A stretch of DNA of 36,208 nt from assembly GCA_035627295.1 (NCBI GenBank), contig DASPLZ010000332.1, positions 1 to 36,208 on the forward strand. The letters are read 5' to 3'. How positions within the stretch are numbered: position 1 is the first letter of the stretch; each line of letters starts with the position of its first letter. Shown here one piece after another: positions 25,701-34,003 of this stretch. The notes under the pieces are model-generated. The model had not been told where the DNA came from, ran no database searches, and saw only the letters and a list, made by a program, of their open reading frames with translations. Source of the DNA: Phenylobacterium sp. GTDB taxonomy: Bacteria > Pseudomonadota > Alphaproteobacteria > Caulobacterales > Caulobacteraceae. The position numbers and the translations under genes were made by a program.

Positions 25701-26404
25701 TCGCGTTCCGCTCGTTCCTCTTCGTCGCGGCCTTCTACCTTTGGTCGGCGATGCTGGCGATCGGGATGATCCCCCTGTTCGTCGCGCCGCATCGCTGGAT
25801 CGGCGCCGCCCTGGGCGTGTGGAGCCGCGGCAACCTCCTGCTGTTGCGGGTGCTGTGCGACGTGAAGGTGGAGATCCGCGGCCTTGAGCACGCGCCGAAG
25901 GGGCCGGGCCTGGTCGCCGCTAAGCACCAGTGCATGTTCGACACCATGTCGCTGTGGCACGTGCTGCCGGGCGCCTGCTTCGTGCTCAAGAAGGAGCTGA
26001 TCCTGATCCCCTTCTTCGGCTGGTACTCGCTGAAGGGTAAGATGATCGTCGTCGACCGCGAGGCTCACGCCAAGGCGCTGCGCAAGCTGGTCAAGGACGC
26101 CAAGGACCGCCTCGCCGACGGCCGCCAGATCGTCATCTTCCCGGAAGGCACCCGCACTCCGCCCGGCGAGACCGGCGACTACAAGCCCGGCATCGCCGCG
26201 CTCTATCGCGAGCTCGGCGTGCCGGTGGTCCCGCTGGCCACCAACTCCGGCGTCCACTGGCCGGCGCATGGGTTCATCCGCAAGCCCGGGACCATCGTCT
26301 TCGAGTTCCTGCCGCCAATCCCCGCAGGCCTGAAGCGCGCGGAGTTCATGCGCGAGCTGGAGGGGCGGATCGAGCCGGCGTCGATGGCGCTGCTGCCGCT
26401 CTAG
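25697..26404 (+). CDS. plsC: 1-acyl-sn-glycerol-3-phosphate acyltransferase
   Basis: KHQCMFD (HX4D) and IFPEGTR motifs. Confidence 0.9.
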   Translation: MIAFRSFLFVAAFYLWSAMLAIGMIPLFVAPHRWIGAALGVWSRGNLLLLRVLCDVKVEIRGLEHAPKGPGLVAAKHQCMFDTMSLWHVLPGACFVLKKELILIPFFGWYSLKGKMIVVDREAHAKALRKLVKDAKDRLADGRQIVIFPEGTRTPPGETGDYKPGIAALYRELGVPVVPLATNSGVHWPAHGFIRKPGTIVFEFLPPIPAGLKRAEFMRELEGRIEPASMALLPL

Positions 26405-26413
26405 CGGAGCGGG

Positions 26414-26516
26414 CGTGCGTCCTTCGAGACGCGCTTCGCACTCCTCAGGATGACCAAGTCAGCAAAAGCGTCGTCATGGTGAGGGCGGCCGAAGGCCGTG
26501 TCGCGAACCACGCACG
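26414..26516. repeat. Composite palindromic intergenic repeat, copy 2 (inverted relative to 1906-2009)
   Basis: CGTGCGTCCTTCGAGACG..CTCCTCAGGATGAC..GTCATGGTGAGG..GAACCACGCAC matches the reverse complement of copy 1. It sits between the convergent plsC and chaC genes. Confidence 0.85.
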
Positions 26517-26530
26517 GCCTGGCCGCGGGT

Positions 26531-27067
26531 TCAGGCCGCCTCGCGGGCGTCGACCATCCCGAGCAGCGTCTCCAGGCAGCGGTCCTTCACGCCCTCCTGG
26601 CGCAGGTGCAAGACGAGGTCGCGCAGGTAATCGACATTGCGCCCCGAGAGGCCCGTGGAGCGGCCGATCAGCTCGGCCTGCTTTTCCAGGCTCAACGCCC
26701 CGGCCCATTGCGGATGATGCGTGTCGGAGAGGAACACCAGGCACTCGACCCGCCGGCCATCGGCCAGCCGCACCGGGCGATAGGCCTCGATATAGGTCTC
26801 GGTCGGCTGCTCGCGTTCGATGAGATAGGCGTAGACCTCCGGCCACTCGGACTCCGCCACGCGATACGCCGCGCCGCGGCAAGCGCCGCCGGGCGCCAGG
26901 CCGAGCACCAGCCCCGGACGCTCGTAGGTGCCCCGATGATGCACCGAATAGATGCAGAAGGCGCGCCGTCGGCCGTGGAGCGTGGCGGCCTGACGCTCTA
27001 CATAGGCGAACCCCGGCCGCCACATCAGCGAGCCATAGCCGAACACCCAGCGCTCGATTTCCGCCAT
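26531..27067 (-). CDS. chaC: Glutathione-specific gamma-glutamylcyclotransferase (ChaC family)
   Basis: WVFGYGSLMW, HHRGT..PGLVLGL, YLIERE and GLSGRNVDY. Confidence 0.92.
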   Translation of the reverse strand: MAEIERWVFGYGSLMWRPGFAYVERQAATLHGRRRAFCIYSVHHRGTYERPGLVLGLAPGGACRGAAYRVAESEWPEVYAYLIEREQPTETYIEAYRPVRLADGRRVECLVFLSDTHHPQWAGALSLEKQAELIGRSTGLSGRNVDYLRDLVLHLRQEGVKDRCLETLLGMVDAREAA

Positions 27068-27089
27068 CGTCCCTCTGCAAAGCCTGAGC

Positions 27090-28121
27090 ATGACCCTGCC
27101 CGACGACCCGCCCGCCCGTAAACCCCGCCGCTTCTGGCTCTATGCGCCCTTCGTCCTGGCGCTGCTGCTCGTGGCGGCCTGGGGCGGGGTCTGGCTGCAC
27201 CTGCGAGGCCAGGCGGAGAAGGCGCTGGACGACGGCGCGGCGCGGCTGCGCGCGCAGGGCTACGAGGTGGCCTGGAAGTCCCGCGCCGTCACCGGCTTTC
27301 CCATGCGTCTCTCGGTCAGCCTGACGGACGCGCGCATTCGCGAGCCGTCCGGCTGGGCGCTGGCCGCGCCGGTGCTGGAGGCCGAGGCGCGGGTCCACGC
27401 CCCTGGCCACTGGCTGTTCGCCGCGCCGCAGGGCCTGACCTTCACGCGGCCCAAGGGCGGCCCGGTGAAGGTGACCGGCCAGGTGCTCCGCGCTTCCCTG
27501 CGCAACCTGGACGCCAGCCCGCCGAACTTCTCCTTCGAGGGGGTCAAACTGGCCTTCGCCCCCGAGGCGGGCGCCCTGCCCTTCGCGCTCGCCACCGCCG
27601 AGCGGGTGGAGCTGCATCTGCGCTCGGCCCCGGACGACAAAGGCTCCAGCCTATTGCGCGTCGCCGACGCCAAGGGACGGCCGGGCACGCTCTGGGGCCG
27701 CATCGCCGGGGATGCGACCATCGACATCGGCTGGGACCTCGCGCTCGACCACGCCGCCGCCTTCAAGGGTGAGAGCTGGCCGGACGCCGTGCGCAACTGG
27801 ACCGCCGCCGGCGGGAGCGCCGAGGTCAAGCAGGCCGGGATCACCGCCGGCCCCGCCGTGCTCGGCGTGCGGTCGGGCCGCCTGTCGGTCGATCCGGACG
27901 GGCGGCTGCGCGGCGAGCTGCGGGCCAACCTGAAGCGCGCGCCCCAGGCCCTGGCCGCCATGGGCGCCGAGGGCGTCATCGCGCCGGAAACCGCCGCCAT
28001 CGCGGGACTGGTGGCCTCGACCCGACAGGACGGCGAGATCGCCGGCGCCACCATCACCTTCCAGGCGGGCCAGACAACTCTTGGGCCCGTGGCGATCGCA
28101 CCGGCCCCGAAAGTCTACTGA
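27090..28121 (+). CDS. DUF2125 domain protein (N-terminal membrane anchor)
   Basis: RRFWLYAPF TM segment, VTGFPMRL and C-terminal TLGPVAIAPAP. Confidence 0.8.
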   Translation: MTLPDDPPARKPRRFWLYAPFVLALLLVAAWGGVWLHLRGQAEKALDDGAARLRAQGYEVAWKSRAVTGFPMRLSVSLTDARIREPSGWALAAPVLEAEARVHAPGHWLFAAPQGLTFTRPKGGPVKVTGQVLRASLRNLDASPPNFSFEGVKLAFAPEAGALPFALATAERVELHLRSAPDDKGSSLLRVADAKGRPGTLWGRIAGDATIDIGWDLALDHAAAFKGESWPDAVRNWTAAGGSAEVKQAGITAGPAVLGVRSGRLSVDPDGRLRGELRANLKRAPQALAAMGAEGVIAPETAAIAGLVASTRQDGEIAGATITFQAGQTTLGPVAIAPAPKVY

Positions 28122-28131
28122 GGAGGCGACA

Positions 28132-28284
28132 ATGAACGGCAAATACCTGGGCGTCGGCGTGGCGATCGGCGTCGGAGCCGGTACGGCCATCGGCGTGGCG
28201 ATGGACAATCTCGCGGTCGGCCTCGGCCTTGGCCTGGGGATCGGCATCGCCATCGGGATCGCCTTGGGTCAGGGCAGGAAATAG
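28132..28284 (+). CDS. Small (50 aa) glycine-zipper membrane protein
   Basis: Perfect SD AGGAGG just upstream. Two GxxxG-rich hydrophobic segments separated by MDN. Confidence 0.75.
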   Translation: MNGKYLGVGVAIGVGAGTAIGVAMDNLAVGLGLGLGIGIAIGIALGQGRK

Positions 28285-28372
28285 CCCCGGATCGTCCGCC
28301 GACCTGGGCCGCGGGGAGATTTCTTGCGCCCGCGGGCCCCATGCCCTAACCCCTGCCGCGAGGCGGGAGCGC

Positions 28373-29182
28373 ATGGCCAAACTGGAGCTCAGCGAGACCG
28401 AGGGGATGTCCCTCGACGAGGTGCGATGGCGGATCGACGCCATCGACGCCGACCTGCTGCGCCTGCTCGACACCCGCGCCGCCCTCGCCCGCCGGGTGGC
28501 CGAGGCCAAGGCCGCCGCCGGGAACGCCGATGAGTTCGGCCTCAGGCCCGCCCGCGAAGCCCAGGTCATCCGCCGCCTGATCGGCCTGCCGCGCGAGGCC
28601 GCCACGCCGACCCTGATCGCCCGCATCTGGCGCGAGGTGATGAGCGACAATCTGGCTCGCCAGGGCCCCTATCAGTTGACGGTGTTCGGCGGTCGCGACC
28701 CGGTGCGGGCGGTGGAGCTGGCGCGCGGTCACTTCGGCGCCGCCCCGGCCCTGCGCCAGACCGCCGACCCGCGGGAGGCGCTGGCCGCCACCGCCAAGTC
28801 CGGCGGGGTGGCGGTGCTGTCGCTCGCCAGCGACACCCCCTGGTGGGGCCGCCTGCTCGCCGAGCCGCAGACTCGGGTGTTCGCCGCTCTGCCCTGCCTC
28901 GCCGCCTGGGGACCGCCCGGCGCGCTGGCGGCGGCCCGGATCGAGGTCGAGCCGACCGGCGGGGACATCACCTTCTGGGTGACCGACGCGCCGGGGGCCG
29001 CCGCCGCCGCCGTCGACGCCTTGAGCCGCGACGGAGTCGCCGCCGACCTGCTGGCCGAGGCGGGGGGCTTAAAGCTCTTCGCGCTCGCGGGCTTCTACCA
29101 GCCGCAGGACGAGCGCCTGGTCCGTGCGCCCGGGTCGCTCAGCGGCGTCATCGGGGCTGCGCCCGCGCCGTTCGACGTGTAG
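28373..29182 (+). CDS. Chorismate mutase (AroQ domain plus C-terminal extension)
   Basis: SLDEVRWRIDAIDADLLRLLDTR...LRPAREAQVIRRL, upstream of hisC-tyrA. Confidence 0.88.
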   Translation: MAKLELSETEGMSLDEVRWRIDAIDADLLRLLDTRAALARRVAEAKAAAGNADEFGLRPAREAQVIRRLIGLPREAATPTLIARIWREVMSDNLARQGPYQLTVFGGRDPVRAVELARGHFGAAPALRQTADPREALAATAKSGGVAVLSLASDTPWWGRLLAEPQTRVFAALPCLAAWGPPGALAAARIEVEPTGGDITFWVTDAPGAAAAAVDALSRDGVAADLLAEAGGLKLFALAGFYQPQDERLVRAPGSLSGVIGAAPAPFDV

Positions 29183-29194
29183 AGACCCGCTCCC

Positions 29195-30301
29195 ATGAGC
29201 GTCGCCGTAACCACCCGCCCCGAAGCCAAGCCCGGCATCCTCGACATCACCGCCTACCAGCCCGGCAAGGCCAAGGTCGACGGCGTCGAGAACCCGGTGA
29301 AGCTGTCCTCCAACGAGAACATCCTGGGCTCCAGCGAAGCGGCGCGCGAGGCCTTCAAGGCCGCCGTCGACACCCTGCACATCTACCCGGACAGCCGCGC
29401 CACCGTGCTGCGCGAGGCGGTCTCGAAGCACTTCGATCTGGAACCTGAACGCCTGGTCTTCGGCGACGGCACCGACGAGGTGCTGCACCTGATCAACCAG
29501 GTGTTCCTGGAGCCCGGAGACAACATCGTCATGGGCCAGTACGGCTTCGGCGCCTACGCCATCGGCGCGCGGGCCTGCCAGGGCGAGGTGCGCGAGGCGC
29601 CCGAGCCCGACCACCGCATCTCGATCGACGAGGTGCTGAAGCGGGTCGACGAGCGCACGCGGCTGATCTTCATCACCCAGCCGGCCAATCCGACGGGCAC
29701 CTTCACCACCCGGGAGGAGCTGGCCGCCCTGCACGCCGCCCTGCCGCCCAGCGTCACCATCGTGCTCGACGGCGCCTACGCCGAGTTCGCCGACGATCCG
29801 CGCTTCACCGACGGCCTGGACCTGGCGCGCACGGCCGAGAACGTCATCGTCACCCGCACCTTCTCCAAGCTGCACGGCCTGGCGGCCCTGCGGATCGGCT
29901 GGGCCTACTGCCCGGCGCACATCGCCGACGCGCTCGACCGCATCCGCGCGCCGTTCAACACCTCCATCGCCGCCCAGAACGCCGCCGTCGCCTCCCTGGC
30001 CGATGTCGAGTTCCAGGAGCGGTCGCGCCAGCACGTGCTCTACTGGCGTCCCTGGCTCGCCCAGCAGCTCGGCGGCCTCGGCCTCGACATCGTGCCGAGC
30101 CAGGCCAACTTCGTGCTCGTCGGCTTCCCCAAGACCCCCGGCCGCACCGCCAGGGAAGCCGAGGCCTTCCTCGCCCAGCGCGGCTGGATCGTCCGCGGCG
30201 TCGCCAACTACGGCCTGCCCGACCACCTGCGCATCACCGTCGGCCTGGAAGAGCACAACCGCGCCGTGGTCGAGGCCCTGGCCGAGTTCATGGGCCGCTG
30301 A
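29195..30301 (+). CDS. hisC: Histidinol-phosphate aminotransferase
   Basis: KLSSNEN, YPD, PANPTG, DGAYAEF and RTFSKLHGLAALRIGW. Confidence 0.95.
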   Translation: MSVAVTTRPEAKPGILDITAYQPGKAKVDGVENPVKLSSNENILGSSEAAREAFKAAVDTLHIYPDSRATVLREAVSKHFDLEPERLVFGDGTDEVLHLINQVFLEPGDNIVMGQYGFGAYAIGARACQGEVREAPEPDHRISIDEVLKRVDERTRLIFITQPANPTGTFTTREELAALHAALPPSVTIVLDGAYAEFADDPRFTDGLDLARTAENVIVTRTFSKLHGLAALRIGWAYCPAHIADALDRIRAPFNTSIAAQNAAVASLADVEFQERSRQHVLYWRPWLAQQLGGLGLDIVPSQANFVLVGFPKTPGRTAREAEAFLAQRGWIVRGVANYGLPDHLRITVGLEEHNRAVVEALAEFMGR

Positions 30302-30303
30302 AT

Positions 30304-31233
30304 ATGGTCGACCAGCCCCTCTTCTTCCGCCTCGCCGTGCTCGGGTGCGGCATGATCGGCGCCTCGGTGATGCGGGCCGCGCGCCAGTCCGGCGCCGTCA
30401 GCGAGATCGTCGGCTACGACGCCGACGCCGGCCACCGCGCCCGCGTCGCCGAACTCGGCATCGCCGACCGCGTGGCGGAAGACGCCGAAGCCGCCGTCTC
30501 CGGCGCCGACCTGGTGATCCTGGCCACGCCCGTGCTGGCCATGGGCGAGGTCGCCAGGGCCGCCGCAGCCGGCCTGCGCCCCGGCGCCACGGTCACCGAC
30601 GTCGGCTCGGTGAAGGGCCAGGTCGCCCAGGCGCTCGACGAAGCCTTGCCCCGCCACGTCTTCCTGATCCCCGGCCACCCGATCGCCGGCGCCGAGAAAT
30701 CCGGCCCGGACGCGGGGTCCGGCGAGCTCTTCCAGAACCGCTGGACCATCCTCACCCCGCAAGCGCGGGAGGATCAGCCCTACCTCGACGCGGTGAAGCG
30801 ACTCTCCGATTTCTGGACCGCGCTGGGCGCCAACGTCGACACCATGGACGCCGAGCACCACGACCTGGTCCTGGCCGTCACCAGCCACCTGCCCCACCTG
30901 ATCGCCTACAACATCGTCGGCACCGCCGCCGACATGGAGGCGGTCACCCGCTCGGAAGTGATCAAGTACTCGGCCGGCGGTTTCCGCGACTTCACCCGCA
31001 TCGCCGCCTCCGACCCGACCATGTGGCGCGACGTCTTCCTGACCAACAAGGAGGCGGTGCTGGAGGTGTTGGGCCGCTTCACCGAGGACCTGCAGGCGCT
31101 CTCGCGGGCCATCCGCTGGGGCGAGGGCGACAAGCTGCACGAACTTTTCACCCGCACCCGCGACATCCGCCGCGGCGTCATCGACGCCGGCCAGGACATC
31201 AGCGCCCCGAACTTCGGCCGCGGCCAGCACTAG
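30304..31233 (+). CDS. tyrA: Prephenate/arogenate (cyclohexadienyl) dehydrogenase
   Basis: GCGMIG, TDVGSVK, HPIAGAEKSG, HDLVLAVTSHLPH and GFRDFTRIA. Confidence 0.93.
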   Translation: MVDQPLFFRLAVLGCGMIGASVMRAARQSGAVSEIVGYDADAGHRARVAELGIADRVAEDAEAAVSGADLVILATPVLAMGEVARAAAAGLRPGATVTDVGSVKGQVAQALDEALPRHVFLIPGHPIAGAEKSGPDAGSGELFQNRWTILTPQAREDQPYLDAVKRLSDFWTALGANVDTMDAEHHDLVLAVTSHLPHLIAYNIVGTAADMEAVTRSEVIKYSAGGFRDFTRIAASDPTMWRDVFLTNKEAVLEVLGRFTEDLQALSRAIRWGEGDKLHELFTRTRDIRRGVIDAGQDISAPNFGRGQH

Positions 31234-31236
31234 GCC

Positions 31237-32604
31237 CTATCGGGCGTCCTGCAGCACGGTCGGGATCAGTTCGGACACCGTCGGATGGATGTGCATGGTC
31301 CGGGCGAGCGCGTCCGCGCTCATGCCGCCCGCCATCGCGTCGAGCACCGAATGGATCGCCTCGTCGCCGCCGACGCCCAGGATCGCGGCGCCCAGCAAGG
31401 CGTCGGTCTCGGCGTCCGCCACGGTCTTCATGAAGCCCAGGGTCTCGCCCTTCTCCACCGCCCGCCCGACGCGGGTCATCGGCCGCTTGCCGACCTTCAC
31501 CTTGCGCCCGGCGGCCCGCGCCTGGGCCTCGCTCAGTCCGACGCGCCCCAGCGGCGGATCGATGTAGAGGGCATAGGTGTCGATCCGCTCGGTGACCTTG
31601 CGGTCGGCGCCGTCCAGCAGGTTGGCGGCCACGATCTCGAAGTCGTTGTAGGCCGTGTGGGTGAAGGCCCCGCGCCCGTTGCAGTCGCCCAGCGCCCAGA
31701 CGCCCTCGGCGCTGGTCCGCAAGGCGTCGTCGACCTTGATGTAGCCTCGCCCATCCACCTCCACGCCGGCCGTGTCGAGCCCGAGGTCGCCGGTGTTCGG
31801 CCGTCGGCCCACCGCCAGCAGCAGGTGCGAGCCGACCACCGTCCGCTCGCCGCTGTCGCAGTCGACGCCAACCGCCACGCCGTCCGGGTGAGCGTCGAAG
31901 CGGATGCACTCGGCCGCAAGCCGCATGGCGATGCCCTCGGCCTCGAGGATCTCGCGCACCGCCTGGGAGACATCCTCGTCCTCGCGGCCAATCAGCCGCG
32001 GGCCCTTCTCGACGATGGTCACCTCTGCGCCGAAGCGGCGGTACATCTGGCCGAACTCCAGCCCGATGTAGCTGCCGCCGACCACCACCAGGTGACGCGG
32101 CACGGCGTCCAGCTCGAGGATCGTGGTGTTGGTCAGGTAGGGGACTGTCCCCACCCCCGGCATGTCCGGCACGGCGGCGCGGCCGCCGACATTGAGGAAC
32201 ACCCGCTCGGCCGACAGCCGCTCGCCGCCCACCTCCAGCTCGCGCGACGCGGTGAAGCGCGCATGGCCGGTGAAGACCGTGCAGCCCTGCATGTCGCGCA
32301 GCCAGCGCTCCACGCCCTCGCGGGCGTCGCGGGAGACCTTGTCCTTGCGCGCCTTCACCGCCGGCATGTCGATGCCGACCTCGCCGGAGAGCCGCACGCC
32401 GAAATCGCCGACCCGGCGGGCCAGGTGGGCGGCGTGGGCGCTGGCGACCAGCGCCTTGGTCGGCATGCAGCCGGTGTTGACGCAGGTGCCGCCGAACAGC
32501 TTGCGCTCGATCAGCGCCACGTTCATCCCCGCCGCCGTCAACCGCCCGGCCAGCGGCGGCCCGGCCTGGCCGGCGCCGACGATGATGGCGTCGAAGGTCC
32601 TCAC
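31237..32604 (-). CDS. FAD-dependent pyridine nucleotide-disulfide oxidoreductase (class I; MerA/RclA/LpdA-like)
   Basis: GTG start overlaps the upstream stop (GTGA). GAGQAG, redox GGTCVNTGCMP, GGSYIGLE and HIHPTVSE. No C-terminal Cys pair. Confidence 0.92.
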   Translation of the reverse strand: MRTFDAIIVGAGQAGPPLAGRLTAAGMNVALIERKLFGGTCVNTGCMPTKALVASAHAAHLARRVGDFGVRLSGEVGIDMPAVKARKDKVSRDAREGVERWLRDMQGCTVFTGHARFTASRELEVGGERLSAERVFLNVGGRAAVPDMPGVGTVPYLTNTTILELDAVPRHLVVVGGSYIGLEFGQMYRRFGAEVTIVEKGPRLIGREDEDVSQAVREILEAEGIAMRLAAECIRFDAHPDGVAVGVDCDSGERTVVGSHLLLAVGRRPNTGDLGLDTAGVEVDGRGYIKVDDALRTSAEGVWALGDCNGRGAFTHTAYNDFEIVAANLLDGADRKVTERIDTYALYIDPPLGRVGLSEAQARAAGRKVKVGKRPMTRVGRAVEKGETLGFMKTVADAETDALLGAAILGVGGDEAIHSVLDAMAGGMSADALARTMHIHPTVSELIPTVLQDAR

Positions 32605-33059
32605 GCGGCCAGGACGATCAGCGCCGCCCCGCCGATCGCCACCACATCCTCGATCAGCGCCGCCGGACGGTCGCGCCCGAACGCCGCCGCCAGCCGCGCC
32701 CGCGCCGCGGCCCCGCCGAGCGTGCCGATCACCGCCCCGACCGCGCCCAGCGCCGCCCCGATCCACAGGGCTCCAGCCGGCGTCGCGATCGCCGCGCCGC
32801 AGAGGGCGCCGGAAAGGATGCGCGCCCCGAACTGCACCGGAACCCTGCGGCTGGGGGTCTTCGGCAGCTGGTCGGTGACCAGCTCGACCAGCGCCAGCAC
32901 GGCGAAGATCCACGGCGTGATCGCATAACTCAGGAAGGCCAGCGGCGTGCCGGCCAGCGGCAGCAGCCCCCGCGCGGCGGCCCAGGCGACCGCCGCGGGC
33001 GCAGTCATCGCCCGCAGGCCCGCCACGACGCCGATCAACAGGGCGAGGGCGTACATCAT
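32601..33059 (-). CDS. Small membrane protein, DUF4126-like
   Basis: GVVAGLRAMTAPA and ELVTDQLPKTPSR motifs, with multiple TMs. Confidence 0.8.
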   Translation of the reverse strand: MMYALALLIGVVAGLRAMTAPAAVAWAAARGLLPLAGTPLAFLSYAITPWIFAVLALVELVTDQLPKTPSRRVPVQFGARILSGALCGAAIATPAGALWIGAALGAVGAVIGTLGGAAARARLAAAFGRDRPAALIEDVVAIGGAALIVLAA

Positions 33060-33124
33060 GGGCCGAGGTCTCCGCGTGGAGCCGCAGGGTGCCCACGAAG
33101 AAGCTGGGCCGTAAAGCGGCCGGA

Positions 33125-33592
33125 TCAGCCCGGCGGCTGCAGCTTGACGGCCGGGAGCGCCTGGCCGGTCTCCAGCCAGGTCTTCAGGTTCGAGGTGATC
33201 AGGCCCCAGCCGATGGCGCCGGCGCGCTTGAACTGCGGCGGTACGGGGCCGTCGGTGAATTCGTAGACGGTGAGCTTCACCACCTCACCGCCCTGCGGCG
33301 TCTCGGCCGGCTCAATGAGATATTCGACCTCGCAGTTGGGCAGGGCGACGCCCGGCGGCGCCGGCACGACCCACGTCACCCTCAGGCGATGCGGCCGGTC
33401 CTTGGCCAGCACCTCGCCGGTCACGCCCTCACCAACGGCGTAGCGCCCGCCGACCTCGCCCACCTCGACCGGCTGGCCCATGAACGGCCGGGCGACCGGA
33501 TCCTCGCCGACCAGGGCGGCCCAGACCTTCTCCGCCGGCGCGGCGATGAACACCACGGCGATGTTGTTCAGCCCCCACGTGTCGTCAGTCAC
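33125..33592 (-). CDS. SRPBCC/AHSA1 (START-like) ligand-binding protein
   Basis: FIAAPAEKVWAAL, RLRVTW and GWGLITSNLKTWLETG. Overlaps the ArsR stop by 8 nt. Confidence 0.88.
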   Translation of the reverse strand: MTDDTWGLNNIAVVFIAAPAEKVWAALVGEDPVARPFMGQPVEVGEVGGRYAVGEGVTGEVLAKDRPHRLRVTWVVPAPPGVALPNCEVEYLIEPAETPQGGEVVKLTVYEFTDGPVPPQFKRAGAIGWGLITSNLKTWLETGQALPAVKLQPPG

Positions 33593-33905
33593 CCTTGGCC
33601 TCCAGTCCCTTCTTGAGCGCCACCAGCGCCTCGGCGCGGCTGCGCTCGAACTTGCCGATCCAGCGGTCGGCGATCTCGGCGATCGGGACCGGGTTCAGGT
33701 AGTGCAGCTTCTCGCGCCCGCGCCGCACGGTGACGACGAGGTTCGCCACCTCCAGCACCGCCAAGTGCTTTGAGACCGCCTGCCGGGTCATGGCCAGCCG
33801 CGCGACCAGCTCGCCCAGGGTCTGGCCATCCTCGGCGAAGAGCGCGTCGAGCAGGTCTCGCCGACTCGCGTCGGCCAGGGCCTTGAAGACCCGGTCGGTG
33901 TCCAT
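33585..33905 (-). CDS. ArsR/SmtB family transcriptional regulator
   Basis: VFKALADASRR..LL, MTRQAVSKHLAVLE and RRGREKLHYLN. Confidence 0.93.
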   Translation of the reverse strand: MDTDRVFKALADASRRDLLDALFAEDGQTLGELVARLAMTRQAVSKHLAVLEVANLVVTVRRGREKLHYLNPVPIAEIADRWIGKFERSRAEALVALKKGLEAKGD

Positions 33906-33914
33906 CGCGGCCCC

Positions 33915-33944
33915 ATATTACGCAACCGTTTAGTTGCATGTAAA
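33915..33944 (-). promoter_or_regulatory. Putative sigma-70 promoter with overlapping ArsR operator palindrome
   Basis: Minus strand reads TTTACA-N18-TAATAT. The spacer contains the inverted repeat GCAAC-N6-GTTGC (33922-33937), in an AT-rich patch about 10 nt upstream of the arsR ATG. Confidence 0.7.
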
Positions 33945-34003
33945 GCGGGCGCGAGTCTCGCCTTGTCCCGCATCGTCTCGCGAGTATCTGCCCGGGAGTC
34001 CGC

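Noticed and set aside
31237-32604. Mercuric reductase merA / mercury resistance
   Set aside because: No C-terminal Cys-Cys, no NmerA domain and no merR/merT/merP nearby.
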